DNA of 64,000 nucleotides from Candidatus Latescibacterota bacterium (GTDB taxonomy: Bacteria; Latescibacterota; UBA2968): positions 736,001-800,000 of the forward strand of contig OZ242010.1 in assembly GCA_965204745.1 (NCBI GenBank). The letters run 5' to 3'. A model generated the notes under the pieces. The model was not told the DNA's origin. It saw nothing but the letters and a program-made list of their open reading frames with translations, and did no database searches. A program made the translations under genes and the position numbers. The stretch's first letter is position 1. Every line of letters starts with the position of its first letter. This document shows positions 48,233 through 58,281 of this stretch, piece by piece.

Positions 48233-49249
48233 ATGAAAGCATCGGTTTATTTGGGACCCGAGCGCGTTGAATTGCGCGACATCGACGTGCCGCGGCCCTC
48301 GGCTGGCGAGGTGCTCATCAAAGTGGCGCGGGCGGGCTTGTGCGGCACGGATCTGCACATTTATCAGGGCCACATGGATCAGCGCGTGCAAATTCCGCTG
48401 GTGATGGGGCACGAGATGTGCGGCGAAATTGTGGAGACTGGAAAAGATGCCGCGTTCACCGTGGGCGACCGCGTGGTGGTTGAACCCACGGTGGCTTGCG
48501 GCGCGTGTGCGGCCTGCCGGCGGGGGCATCGGCACGTCTGTCAAAATCTGAATTTTTTGGGGATCGATTCCGCGGGCGCGTTTCAGGCGTTTTGGAATGC
48601 GCCGATCCATCGCTTGCACCGCGTGCCCGACGCCTTGGATGACGACGCGGGCGCGTTGATCGAACCCTTGGCCGTGGCGGTACACGATGTTCGGCGCGCA
48701 AAAGTGGAATTGGGCGACCGTGCGGTTGTCATTGGCGGCGGGCCGATTGGGATGCTCGTCGCCATGGCCGCCCGATTGGATGGCGCCGAGGTGGTGATCG
48801 CCGAAGTGAATCCCTTCCGGCTGGCAAAAGCCGAGGCATTGGGCTTTGCGGTTGTGAACCCCTTGGCAACCGATCTCATCGCGTACACAGAGGATTGGAC
48901 CGAGGGCGCGGGCGCAGATCTGGTGTTTGAAGTCAGCGGTAGCGCACCAGGTGCAGAGGTTATGACCGCGTTGGCCCGGGTGCGTGGAACCATTGTGCTG
49001 GTGGGCGTACACGCCGAGCCGCCGCCTGTGGATTTGCAGCGTTTTTTTTGGCGAGAATTGCATCTAATAGCCTGCCGCGTCTATGAACCCATCGATTTTG
49101 AACGCGCCATTCGCTTGGCATCGTCCGGCGCGATTGATGTCAAAGCACTGGTGACAAACACGCTACCGCTAGACGACGCGGCAAAGGGATTTGAACAAAT
49201 GGCCGCAGGCGGCGAGGTGGTGAAGGTGCTGTTGGATTGTCAAGCGTAA
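48233..49249 (+). CDS. Zn-dependent alcohol/sugar dehydrogenase (MDR)
   Basis: GLCGTD, GHE, CGACAAC..C, GGGPIG. Confidence 0.93.
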   Translation: MKASVYLGPERVELRDIDVPRPSAGEVLIKVARAGLCGTDLHIYQGHMDQRVQIPLVMGHEMCGEIVETGKDAAFTVGDRVVVEPTVACGACAACRRGHRHVCQNLNFLGIDSAGAFQAFWNAPIHRLHRVPDALDDDAGALIEPLAVAVHDVRRAKVELGDRAVVIGGGPIGMLVAMAARLDGAEVVIAEVNPFRLAKAEALGFAVVNPLATDLIAYTEDWTEGAGADLVFEVSGSAPGAEVMTALARVRGTIVLVGVHAEPPPVDLQRFFWRELHLIACRVYEPIDFERAIRLASSGAIDVKALVTNTLPLDDAAKGFEQMAAGGEVVKVLLDCQA

Positions 49250-49308
49250 GAGGTGAGACGGGAGACGGGAGAGGCAAGACGGGAGAGGCAAGATACTCTC
49301 TTAAAAGG

Positions 49309-50316
49309 TCAAGGGGTTTTCGGGGTGATTCGATAGAATTTTTCGCCCTCAAAATCTTGGTCATGGCGCAACATGCCCCAGATCGAATGGAGCAACTTTC
49401 GCATCACCGCAACGATAGCCTGCAAAGGTTTCTTGCCGCGGGCGATGAGTTGGTCATAGAAGGCTTTGACATGGCCTTCGTGTCTGATGGCCACCCAGGC
49501 AGGCATATAGAGGGCATGGCGGAGGTACTTATTCCCGGTTTTCGAGATGCGTCTTTGTGGATTGGCGGTTCCGGATTGTTTGGGTTTGGGATCCAGGCCT
49601 GCATGTGCGACCCACTGGGGCGGTTGCATCTCCTCTGGCAAAAGGGTCAACTCGGCCAAGAGCCGCAAGGCACTCGTTTGCGCGATGCCAGGCGTCGAGC
49701 AGAGGCGTTGGTAGGCACGCTTGAGGGGCTCATCGTGCAAAACGAGATCGAGGGCTTGGCTTTCCAAGTATGCAATCCGGCGTTTGAAGTGTCGAATATT
49801 CACCTGAATATCGCGTGCGATGAGACGTGTGCTGCGGATGTGGTAGCTCTGCGCGTGGTTGCGGCTCTGTTCGCGGATGATCTCCTGCTTGAGTTGGTCA
49901 ATGCGTCTGGTGAGGGCTTGCAGTTGAAGCCGTTGCTCGCTCGGCGCTTGCCAAGGCACAAAAGGCATGCGCTCGGCATAGTCGAGGATCAACAACGCAT
50001 CCTTCGCATCCGTCTTCGCCCGTTGCATGCAGGCTTGGGCGTACTTGCTCATCGCTTTGGGATTGACGACCATGACCTTTGTGTGGCGATGCCGATGCAA
50101 GGCCAAGGCCACCCCCAAACTGTAAAGCCCGGTCGCTTCGAGGCACACAGAGACCATGTGCCCGCCCTTCGTGAGCCACTTCAGCAACCGCTTATGCGCT
50201 TGGGGATCATTGGCAAAGGTCGCTTGCATGACAGCTTGTCCGGGTCTGGACAGGGCAACGGACAACGTGCGGGCACTGACATCAATGCCGGCAAAAGCGG
50301 GGTGAGATTTCGACAT
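49309..50316 (-). CDS. IS110 DEDD recombinase
   Basis: Matches copy 1 except five C-terminal residues. Confidence 0.97.
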   Translation of the reverse strand: MSKSHPAFAGIDVSARTLSVALSRPGQAVMQATFANDPQAHKRLLKWLTKGGHMVSVCLEATGLYSLGVALALHRHRHTKVMVVNPKAMSKYAQACMQRAKTDAKDALLILDYAERMPFVPWQAPSEQRLQLQALTRRIDQLKQEIIREQSRNHAQSYHIRSTRLIARDIQVNIRHFKRRIAYLESQALDLVLHDEPLKRAYQRLCSTPGIAQTSALRLLAELTLLPEEMQPPQWVAHAGLDPKPKQSGTANPQRRISKTGNKYLRHALYMPAWVAIRHEGHVKAFYDQLIARGKKPLQAIVAVMRKLLHSIWGMLRHDQDFEGEKFYRITPKTP

Positions 50317-50388
50317 GGGGGCCTCCTGTGATGAGGGGGTTGTAAGGGATCTGGTGCGCGCTCGGGGTCGCGTCCCGACCATTGACGC

Positions 50389-50569
50389 CAAGTCTACCGG
50401 TCTTGTATATGCAGCCTCAAGGGGCTTAGATACTCTTCGGCATAGACCCGGCGGTCGGGGGGCCTATCTTACCTACAAGGTCATCGCCTTCAAGAGGGGC
50501 CGGCCTTCCCCGAGCCGGGCATCAAGATGGCTTATCTCGATACGAGGGCGCAACTCCTAATTAACCCTT
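50389..50569 (-). ncRNA. Bridge RNA, copy 2
   Basis: Reverse complement of 42470-42650. Confidence 0.85.
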
Positions 50570-50701
50570 ACTTCCAAGATACAAGAGGGGAGAAGTGAAA
50601 GGCGAGAGGCCGGGGAATATGAGCCGGAACAACGCACACGGCGGAGCGGCGGCGGGGATGGGCACGCACGGGCGGCGGAGCGGAAGCGGGGGACTGATTC
50701 C

Positions 50702-51361
50702 ATGATCAAAATCGCGCCATCATTTCTCTCTGCGGATTTTCGAGCGCTGGAACAGCAGGTGCGCTCGGTTGAAGACGCGGGGGCAGAGTATATCCATCTG
50801 GACATTATGGACGGGCATTTTGTGCCCAATTTGACATTTGGCCCACTGGTGGTTGAGGCCATTCGCAAGACCGCGGATTTGGTGCTAGATGTCCATCTCA
50901 TGATCGCCGAACCGGGGAAATATCTGAAGGATTTTGTCCAGGCGGGCGCGGATATTTTGACGGTGCATGTGGAGGTGGAAGAAGATGTGCCCGCGCTGTT
51001 GTATCGCATCCACGAGGCCGATGTGAAAGCCGGGGCCACGTTGCGGCCGAGCACGCCGGTCGAGGCGTTGTTCCCGTTGCTACCCGAGTTGGATCTCGCG
51101 CTGATTATGTCGGTCGAGCCGGGGTTTGGGGGGCAGGCGTTTATGCCGAAATCGCTGGATCGGGTGCGGGCATTAAAAGCCGAGATCGCGCGCCGAGGGT
51201 TGGATGTCGAGATCGAGATCGACGGGGGCATTGACGTGGATAATGCCCGCGAGGTCGCCAAAGCCGGGGCGCGAGTGCTCGTCGCGGGGTCCGCGATATT
51301 TCGCAATGGGGCGATAGCAGAAAACGTGCGGGCGATTCGCAGCACCGCGATGGGGGGATGA
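50702..51361 (+). CDS. rpe: Ribulose-phosphate 3-epimerase
   Basis: IAPS, HLDIMDGHFVPNLTFG, MSVEPGFGGQ, IDGG. Confidence 0.98.
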   Translation: MIKIAPSFLSADFRALEQQVRSVEDAGAEYIHLDIMDGHFVPNLTFGPLVVEAIRKTADLVLDVHLMIAEPGKYLKDFVQAGADILTVHVEVEEDVPALLYRIHEADVKAGATLRPSTPVEALFPLLPELDLALIMSVEPGFGGQAFMPKSLDRVRALKAEIARRGLDVEIEIDGGIDVDNAREVAKAGARVLVAGSAIFRNGAIAENVRAIRSTAMGG

Positions 51362-51439
51362 ACAGATGAATTGCTTGCGTGAATGAGGCGAATCCTCTAT
51401 ATTGTGCAATCTTTACCCGCGATTTTGAAGGGTTTTTTT

Positions 51440-52759
51440 ATGTTTGAAATGCTGACAGATCGCCTCAATGGCGTTTTTAAGAAACTCCGCAACCGCGGCC
51501 GGTTGCGCGAGTCGAACATCGACGAGGCCATGCGCGAGGTGCGCCGCGCATTGCTCGAAGCCGATGTCAACTACAAGGTTGCCCGCTCGTTCATCGCGCG
51601 TGTCAAAGAACGCGCGCTCGGACGAGCGGTGATCAAGAGCATTGCGCCCGGGCAACAGGTCGTGAAAATCGTCCATGACGAATTGATCGCGCTGATGGGC
51701 GAGCGCAATGCCGGGTTGCAATTTGCAGAAACCCCGCCCTCGGCAGTGATGATGGTCGGGCTTCAGGGATCGGGCAAAACCACATCCGCGGCAAAATTGG
51801 CCCGGTTGTTGGCATCGCAAAACAAAAAGCCCCTGCTCGTGGCAGCCGATATTTATCGCCCGGCGGCCATCGATCAACTCTGCGTGCTCGGCGAGCAAAT
51901 CGGCGTGCCCGTGCATCGGTCCCCGCAAGGGACGGATCCGGTCGATATCGCGCTTCGAGGGATGGATCGGGCGCGGCGGGAAAACCGCGATGTGGTCATT
52001 CTCGATACCGCGGGCAGGTTGCATGTGGATGACGAGCGCATGGATGAGGTGTCTCGCATCCGCGAAGCCGTATCGCCCTCTGAAATTCTGTTCGCGTGCG
52101 ACGCGATGACCGGGCAAGATGCGGTATCGTCTGCGTCTGCGTTTTACAAAACCCTCGCGTTTTCGGGCGTGATCCTCACGCGCATGGACAGCGATACCCG
52201 AGGCGGCGCAGCCTTGTCCATCCGCGAAGTGACGGGCGTTCCGATCAAGTACATCGGCGTCAGCGAAAAGGTCGATGGCCTCGAGGTGTTTCACCCAGAC
52301 CGCATGGCCTCGCGCATCTTGGGCATGGGCGACGTGGTGACGCTGGTGGAAAAAGCACAGGCGACCATTGACGAAGCGCAGGCCAAAAAGGTCGAGCAAA
52401 AATTTCGGTCCGCGTCGTTCACATTCGACGATTTCCTCGAGCAACTGGGGCAAATCAAGCAGATGGGGCCGCTGGATCAGTTGATGCCAATGATCCCCGG
52501 CATGGGCAAGTCCATGCCGCAGGTGGATGAAAAAACCTTCTCGCACGTCGAGGCGATTATCTATTCGATGACGCCTATCGAACGCGCCAAGCCGCACATC
52601 ATCAACGGCAGCAGGCGCAAACGCATTGCAAAAGGCAGCGGACGCACGGTTCAGGACGTCAACAAGTTGCTCAAGCAATTCAACGCGATGCAAAAAATGA
52701 TGAAGCGCGCGGCCCGAATGGAAAAACAGGGCAAAATGGCATTTCCCATGTTCAGATAA
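51440..52759 (+). CDS. ffh: Signal recognition particle protein
   Basis: ALLEADV, GLQGSGKTT, DTAGR, M domain. Confidence 0.98.
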   Translation: MFEMLTDRLNGVFKKLRNRGRLRESNIDEAMREVRRALLEADVNYKVARSFIARVKERALGRAVIKSIAPGQQVVKIVHDELIALMGERNAGLQFAETPPSAVMMVGLQGSGKTTSAAKLARLLASQNKKPLLVAADIYRPAAIDQLCVLGEQIGVPVHRSPQGTDPVDIALRGMDRARRENRDVVILDTAGRLHVDDERMDEVSRIREAVSPSEILFACDAMTGQDAVSSASAFYKTLAFSGVILTRMDSDTRGGAALSIREVTGVPIKYIGVSEKVDGLEVFHPDRMASRILGMGDVVTLVEKAQATIDEAQAKKVEQKFRSASFTFDDFLEQLGQIKQMGPLDQLMPMIPGMGKSMPQVDEKTFSHVEAIIYSMTPIERAKPHIINGSRRKRIAKGSGRTVQDVNKLLKQFNAMQKMMKRAARMEKQGKMAFPMFR

Positions 52760-52774
52760 GCAAAGGAGTGAGCT

Positions 52775-53086
52775 TTGGTTCGACTTCGCTTGCGCCGTAT
52801 GGGCGCGAAAAAAGCACCGTTTTACCGCGTGGTGGCAGCCGATGCCTCGTCGCCGCGCGACGGTCGGTTCATCGAGGTTTTGGGGCATTACAATCCCACG
52901 AAGAACCCTCAAATCATCGAGTTGAAAGAAGACCGCGTGATGTACTGGTTGGGCGTGGGCGCGCAACCCTCCGAGACGGTACGCAGTTTGTTCCGCAAAA
53001 AGGGCTTGTTGCAAAAGGCGCACAAAGCGCGTTTGGCCGCTCGAGAACCCGCAGAGGCCGAAGCGCAACCCCCGTCTGAGGAGTGA
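52775..53086 (+). CDS. rpsP: 30S ribosomal protein S16
   Basis: [25 protein letters not shown]. Confidence 0.98.
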   Translation: MVRLRLRRMGAKKAPFYRVVAADASSPRDGRFIEVLGHYNPTKNPQIIELKEDRVMYWLGVGAQPSETVRSLFRKKGLLQKAHKARLAAREPAEAEAQPPSEE

Positions 53087-53089
53087 GCC

Positions 53090-53590
53090 TTGCAGCCGGA
53101 TTTTGTCGCCATTGGCAAAATTATGAAGCCCCGAGGCATTCGCGGCGAGGCGTTTTTGCTCCCGCTGACCGATTTTCCCGAGCGGTTTGAAGATTTGGAT
53201 GCCGTGCGCGTGGAATCACCTGATGGCGCGTTTTCCTCATTGGATGTGGCGTATGTCCGCGCTTATGGGCCGCGCACGGCAATCAAGTTTCAGGGCATCG
53301 ACACGCCCGAAGATGTGGGGCGTTTGCGCGGGCATTTTGTTTTCGTGACGCACGATGCCGTGCATCCCTTGCCCGAGGATGCGTTTTATGTGTTTCAGAT
53401 CGAAGGGTTGCCGGTTGAAACCGCGTCGGGACAGAGGGTGGGACAAGTGGTGGAGGTCTTGTCGTATCCGGCCAATGATGTGTACGTGGTGGATCGCAAT
53501 GGCGAAGATGTGTTGATCCCTGCGGTGCGCGAGTTCGTCCGCGTGGATAAGGACAAAATTGTGGTGCAAGAGATCGAAGGGCTTTTGTAG
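53090..53590 (+). CDS. rimM: Ribosome maturation factor RimM
   Basis: GKI..PRGIRGE, ANDVY, LIPAV; synteny. Confidence 0.95.
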   Translation: MQPDFVAIGKIMKPRGIRGEAFLLPLTDFPERFEDLDAVRVESPDGAFSSLDVAYVRAYGPRTAIKFQGIDTPEDVGRLRGHFVFVTHDAVHPLPEDAFYVFQIEGLPVETASGQRVGQVVEVLSYPANDVYVVDRNGEDVLIPAVREFVRVDKDKIVVQEIEGLL

Positions 53591-53593
53591 GCG

Positions 53594-54262
53594 ATGATGC
53601 GAATTGACGTCCTCACGATTTTTCCGGATTTGATTCGGGATGTGCTGAAATACAGCATTCCGCGCCGCGCAATGGCCTCGGGATTGGTCGATGTCGTCGC
53701 GCACGACCTTCGGGATTACGCGGATGACAAGCACAAAACGATTGATGCCGCGCCCTACGGTGGGGGCGCGGGAATGATCTTTAAGCCCGAACCCATCGCA
53801 CGCGCCCTGAAAGCCCTCCCATCGGGGGGGCGCGTCGTTTTTCTCACGCCGCAAGGCCGGCCATTTACGCAATCCGTCGCCAACGCGCTGTCGCTGGTTG
53901 ACCACCTCATTTTGCTGTGCGGGCACTATCGCGGCATTGATGAGCGCGTCCGCGAGCACTATGTCGACGACGAGATTTCCATAGGCGATTACGTGCTCAG
54001 CGGCGGCGAATTGCCCGCCCTGGTTGTGATCGACGCGCTGATTCGCCTGATTCCCGGTGCCCTTGGCAATGCCGAGTCCGCGCTCGAAGATTCGTTTCAA
54101 AATGGCTTGTTGGATTGCGCGTGGTACACGCGACCACGAGAATTTGAAGGCGCGACCGTGCCACAGGCCCTGTTGAGCGGGGATCACGAAAAAGTCGCCC
54201 AATGGCGACGCGACAATGCAAGACAGCGCACGCGGGCACGCCGGCCCGATCTTAAGGCGTGA
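53594..54262 (+). CDS. trmD: tRNA (guanine-N1)-methyltransferase
   Basis: PYGGGAGM, GIDER, SIGDYVLSGGE. Confidence 0.97.
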   Translation: MMRIDVLTIFPDLIRDVLKYSIPRRAMASGLVDVVAHDLRDYADDKHKTIDAAPYGGGAGMIFKPEPIARALKALPSGGRVVFLTPQGRPFTQSVANALSLVDHLILLCGHYRGIDERVREHYVDDEISIGDYVLSGGELPALVVIDALIRLIPGALGNAESALEDSFQNGLLDCAWYTRPREFEGATVPQALLSGDHEKVAQWRRDNARQRTRARRPDLKA

Positions 54263-54411
54263 GAGGTAAGAGGCGAGAGGTGAGAAGGCCGCTCACCCCC
54301 AACCCCAAGCGGTTAGCAAAACCAGTAGTCCTTTACCCTGTCCTGGTCTCATCAACCGTAGAGGCAAGGCCCCGTGCCTGTCCTCGCACCCTAAAAAAGA
54401 AAGGAATGAAC

Positions 54412-54792
54412 ATGGCAACAACAGTTGAAGAACTCGCAAAAGAGCAAGCGATACTCGACGCCAAATTGCAACGGGTTGAGCGAGAGCAACAAGCCCTAAG
54501 TCGATCCCAAGCGGATATTCGAGAGCGTCAAACGCGAGCAGAAGAAACGGATAAACGGATATTAGACCAGTTGACGTTTATCCATGCCGATATGAACAGG
54601 CGATTCGAAAGCGTGGAGAGGCAATTTGACAATGTGGAGAGGCAATTTGACAATGTGGAGAGGCGATTTGCCGAACTCAAAGCGGATATTGACGCGCTCA
54701 AAAACAACAGGCGTTGGATGATTACGACCTTCATTGCATGCGTCATTGCCATATCGGCTTTGGTTTCTCTCGGCGTGAAATTGTGGGAATAG
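54412..54792 (+). CDS. Coiled-coil protein with C-terminal TM anchor (paralog 1)
   Basis: AAAGGA RBS; VERQFDN heptads; WMITTFIACVIAISALVS. Confidence 0.8.
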   Translation: MATTVEELAKEQAILDAKLQRVEREQQALSRSQADIRERQTRAEETDKRILDQLTFIHADMNRRFESVERQFDNVERQFDNVERRFAELKADIDALKNNRRWMITTFIACVIAISALVSLGVKLWE

Positions 54793-55013
54793 CCCAAGCG
54801 GTCAGCGGTTAGCAAAACCAGTAGTCAGTAGTCAGTCCACCCAGGCCAACCCCAAAAGGCGTGAGAGGTAAGAGGCGAAAGGGGAGAAGGCCGCTCACCT
54901 CCAACCCCGAGCGGTTAGCAAAACAAGTAGTCCTTTACCCCGTCCTGGTCTCATCAACCGTAGAGGCAAGGCCCCGTGCCTGTCCTCGCGCCAAAAAAAA
55001 GAAAGGAATGAAC

Positions 55014-55331
55014 ATGGCAGTAACAGTTGAAGAACTCGCAACAGAGCAAGCGATACTCGACGCCAAATTGCAACGGGTTGAGCAAGACCAGCAAAATCTT
55101 GGGCAATCGCAGGCCGATCTGCAAGGACGCCTAACGCGAGCAGAGGAAACGGATAAGCGGATATTAGACCAGTTGACGTTTATCCATGCCGATATGAACA
55201 GGCGATTTGCCGAACTCAAAGCGGATATTGATGCGCTGAAAGATAGTAGGCGTTGGATGATTACGACCTTCATTGCATGCGTCATCGCCATATCGGCTTC
55301 GGTTTCTCTCGCCGTGAAATTGTGGGAATAG
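55014..55331 (+). CDS. Coiled-coil protein with C-terminal TM anchor (paralog 2)
   Basis: Near-identical to paralog 1 but three heptads shorter. Confidence 0.8.
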   Translation: MAVTVEELATEQAILDAKLQRVEQDQQNLGQSQADLQGRLTRAEETDKRILDQLTFIHADMNRRFAELKADIDALKDSRRWMITTFIACVIAISASVSLAVKLWE

Positions 55332-55579
55332 CCCCAAGTGGTCAGTGGTTAGCAAAACCAGTAGTCAGTGGTCAGTAGTCAGTAGCCAGTCCACCCAGTC
55401 CGACCCCAAAAGGCGTGAGAGGTAAGAGGCGAAAAGTGAGAAGGCCGCTCACCCCTAACCCCAAGCGGTCAGTGGTCAGTCCATCCCACCCCATCAACCG
55501 TAGGGACAGGCCCCCGTGCCTGTCCTTGCACCTAGCCATAAAGACAAGCATTTACTTTTCACTTTTTCAAGGAGTAATC

Positions 55580-55930
55580 ATGGATGCCATTTTGGAATCT
55601 GTTGCTCACGCGCAACTACGAGGCGATGTGCCCCCGTTTGGCACGGGCGATACCGTGCGCGTGCATGTGCGCGTGGTGGAAGGCGAGAAGGAACGCATTC
55701 AGCTTTTTGAGGGTGTGGTGATTCAGCGCAAAGGCACGGGCATTCACGCGACATTTACGGTTCGCAAAATCAGCACGGGCGGCGTGGGGGTCGAGCGCAT
55801 CTTTCCCCTGCACACGCCGCGCATTGCCCAAATTGACGTGTTGCGCCGCGGCAAAGTGCGGCGGTCGAAAATTTACTACATGCGCGATTTGCGCGGTCGC
55901 GCTGCCCGCATTGCAGAACGGAGGACCTAA
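55580..55930 (+). CDS. rplS: 50S ribosomal protein L19
   Basis: [30 protein letters not shown]. Confidence 0.98.
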   Translation: MDAILESVAHAQLRGDVPPFGTGDTVRVHVRVVEGEKERIQLFEGVVIQRKGTGIHATFTVRKISTGGVGVERIFPLHTPRIAQIDVLRRGKVRRSKIYYMRDLRGRAARIAERRT

Positions 55931-56193
55931 TGCCTTCGCGCCGCTACCAACGCCGAACGCCCAAACGCGATCCAAAACGCGCCTTGCCCTATTCAGAGCG
56001 CAACTGGCGGCTTTTTGGACTGGGGCTTGGCGTCATCGCACTGGGCTATGTGTTTTTGTCGCGCCCGCCCGTGGATGGCTTTTTGTCGCTCACGCTGGCG
56101 CCCCTGTTGCTCGTGCTCGGCTATTGCGTCTTGATCCCCATGGCTTTGCTCAAGGGCGAGAAGAAGGAGGAATCGGCAACCGATTCGCAATAG
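55930..56193 (+). CDS. Small two-TM membrane protein (DUF3098-like)
   Basis: SLTLAPLLLVLGY motif. Confidence 0.7.
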   Translation: MPSRRYQRRTPKRDPKRALPYSERNWRLFGLGLGVIALGYVFLSRPPVDGFLSLTLAPLLLVLGYCVLIPMALLKGEKKEESATDSQ

Positions 56194-56203
56194 AAATCTC
56201 CAG

Positions 56204-56277
56204 GGGCGGTTAGCTCAGATGGTTAGAGCGCCTGCCTTACAAGCAGGAGGTCACTGGTTCGAATCCAGTATCGCCCA
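56204..56277 (+). tRNA. tRNA-Val (TAC)
   Basis: Cloverleaf GGGCGGT/ATCGCCC, anticodon loop CTTACAA, GGTTCGAATCC; CCA not encoded. Confidence 0.97.
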
Positions 56278-56302
56278 CCCCATAAACGAATATCGAAAAT
56301 GA

Positions 56303-56337
56303 AAACGGCTTGTGTGAATCCATAGCACAAGCCGTTT
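56303..56337. terminator. Bidirectional terminator hairpin
   Basis: AAACGGCTTGTG / CACAAGCCGTTT. Confidence 0.75.
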
Positions 56338-56353
56338 CTACGAGGTGGGATAC

Positions 56354-56686
56354 TCAAGGCATCCCCAATTTTGTGTTGGCAAGCCGGTTTAGGCTGATGC
56401 CCGCCTCGGCTGCTTCGAGTGCCAACTGCCGGTGCAATGCGGGGGGGACGCGCACCATGAATTTTCCACTATGAGATTTGGCAGCAATCGGTTTCGGAAT
56501 GGATTCGCCATTTGCCGCCAAATCGACCACCACATCGGCCACGACTTTGCGAATGCCTTTGAGCGCGGCTTCAGGCGTGGATGCCAACCAACTCAGGCTG
56601 GAAAATTCCGCGCACAATCCCACGTATTCCGAGTCGGTTTCGGACCAAGTGACCCGGTACGTATATCGGTCGTTTTTCAATGCCAT
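56354..56686 (-). CDS. hicB: HicB antitoxin
   Basis: YTYRVTWS..YVGLCAEF; RHH segment SGKFMVRVPPALHRQLA. Confidence 0.92.
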   Translation of the reverse strand: MALKNDRYTYRVTWSETDSEYVGLCAEFSSLSWLASTPEAALKGIRKVVADVVVDLAANGESIPKPIAAKSHSGKFMVRVPPALHRQLALEAAEAGISLNRLANTKLGMP

Positions 56687-56687
56687 G

Positions 56688-56933
56688 TCATTTCCCCTTC
56701 AAGCGCGCGATGGCTTTTAGGACTTGCGTGATTTGATAGACTTTTGCCATGCCTTTGTCGTTCTGGATGTTCACCCTCGGGTCCCCGGCCCAAGGGGTTT
56801 TGTAAATGCGATGACTGCTACCGCGTTGCCGGGGCATGCCAAAGTAGGCATCGCACACCTTGCACAGATCGCGGAAACGAATCCCTTTTGGATTCCGTTG
56901 CATCGCCGCGAGGATTGCTTCAATATCGGACAT
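56688..56933 (-). CDS. hicA: HicA toxin
   Basis: GSSHRIYKTPW..AKVYQI. Confidence 0.9.
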   Translation of the reverse strand: MSDIEAILAAMQRNPKGIRFRDLCKVCDAYFGMPRQRGSSHRIYKTPWAGDPRVNIQNDKGMAKVYQITQVLKAIARLKGK

Positions 56934-56939
56934 ACCATA

Positions 56940-56968
56940 ACAGTATCAATATTGATACCATTTGTCAA
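56940..56968 (-). promoter_or_regulatory. hicAB promoter with palindromic operator
   Basis: TTGACA-17-TACTGT, 6 nt before ATG; perfect palindrome GTATCAATATTGATAC at 56943-56958. Confidence 0.75.
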
Positions 56969-57062
56969 TCCGTTGATAGGTATTCGTTTTGGTGGACAGG
57001 TGGGGTGATTGGCGTTATACTCCAAATTGATTTTTTCACGCGATGATCGAAAGGAGTTTGTT

Positions 57063-58265
57063 TTGAATAGCGATCCGGGTATTCCCACGGTTGCGCCAGA
57101 AGATGTGGGGTTGTCGGCTGTGCGGTTGCGCCGCATCAATGCCGTGATGCAACGCTATGTTGACGAGGGCAACTTGGTCAGCATTGTGACGATGGTCTGT
57201 CGGCAGGGCAAGGTGGCGCATTTTCAGTGTTTTGGCACGCAAGACCAAAAAGTGCCCACGCAACGCGATACGATTTTTCGGATTTATTCGATGACCAAGC
57301 CGATTACGACTGTGGCGGCGATGATGCTCTACGAAGAGGGGTTGTTTCAACTCGACGATCCGGTGGCGGATTTTATTCCGGAATTGAAAGATGTGAAGGT
57401 CTTTGCCGGCGCGGGCGTGCCACCTGTGGAGTTGGCGCGTCCCATCGCGATTCGGCATTTGATGACCCACACCTCTGGGCTGACATACGGGTTTTTGGGC
57501 GCGTCGCCGGTCAGTGCGATGTACAATCAGGCGAAAATTTTACGCCCGGACCATTCGACAAAACAGATGGTGCAAACGCTATCGACCCTGCCGCTGGCGA
57601 ATCAACCGGGCGAGGCGTGGCGGTACAGCGTTTCGACAGATGTGCTCGGGCACTTTGTCGAAGTGGTGTCCGGCATGTCGCTCGACGCGTTTTTCAAAAC
57701 GCGCATTTTTGAGCCGCTGGGCATGGTGGATACCGGGTTTTGGGTGCGCGAGGGCCAAGGGCATCGGTTTGCGACGAATTACGGCCCGGCACAAGGCGGT
57801 GGGATTCGGGTGATCGACGACCCGGCGACGAGCAAGTTTTCCAGTCCGCAAAAATTCTTCTCCGGTGGTGGCGGCTTGGTCTCCACGGCGGCTGATTACT
57901 GCCGCTTTTGCCACCTCTTGCTCAACGAGGGCGCGTTTCGCAACGTGCGCTTGCTCGGCCGCAAGACCGTTGAATTGATGACGATGAACCACTTGCCCGC
58001 CGCGATTATGCCGATTTCTCTGGGCCTGTCCAAGTTGCCGGGCGAGGGATTTGGATTGGGCGGCGCGGTTTTGCTCGACATTCCCGCGTCTAACAGCCCG
58101 GGTAGCGTGGGCACATTTCGCTGGGGCGGCGCGGCTACGACCGCGTTCTGGGTCGATTACCGCGAGGAACTCGTCGGGTTGTTGCTCACGCAGTTCATGC
58201 CCGCAAATCACTATCGTATCCGCTCTGAATTTAAGACGCTGGTGTATCAAGCGGTGGTGGAATAG
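57063..58265 (+). CDS. Serine hydrolase, beta-lactamase family
   Basis: SMTK, LMTHTSG, YS, WGG; AAGGAG RBS before TTG. Confidence 0.92.
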   Translation: MNSDPGIPTVAPEDVGLSAVRLRRINAVMQRYVDEGNLVSIVTMVCRQGKVAHFQCFGTQDQKVPTQRDTIFRIYSMTKPITTVAAMMLYEEGLFQLDDPVADFIPELKDVKVFAGAGVPPVELARPIAIRHLMTHTSGLTYGFLGASPVSAMYNQAKILRPDHSTKQMVQTLSTLPLANQPGEAWRYSVSTDVLGHFVEVVSGMSLDAFFKTRIFEPLGMVDTGFWVREGQGHRFATNYGPAQGGGIRVIDDPATSKFSSPQKFFSGGGGLVSTAADYCRFCHLLLNEGAFRNVRLLGRKTVELMTMNHLPAAIMPISLGLSKLPGEGFGLGGAVLLDIPASNSPGSVGTFRWGGAATTAFWVDYREELVGLLLTQFMPANHYRIRSEFKTLVYQAVVE

Positions 58266-58281
58266 CACGGAGGAGGTTATC

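Larger units (their letters stand above)
49291..50583 (-). mobile_element. IS110-family element, copy 2 (inverted)
   Basis: Same ends and the same target as copy 1. Confidence 0.95.
54254..55535 (+). repeat. Tandem units of about 550-600 bp between trmD and rplS
   Basis: AAGGCGTGAGAGGTAAGAGGCGA..GAGAAGGCCGCTCACC at about 54254, 54856 and 55410, each followed by a REP-like palindrome. Confidence 0.9.

Noticed and set aside
51413-53068. 551-aa minus-strand ORF and similar long antisense ORFs (131-1075, 38791-40326, 46373-47575)
   Set aside because: Shadows of ffh/rpsP, ppiD, DUF1800 and dinG, expected at high GC
56204-56970. Integrative island at tRNA-Val
   Set aside because: No integrase and no duplicated tRNA 3' end noticed in the window
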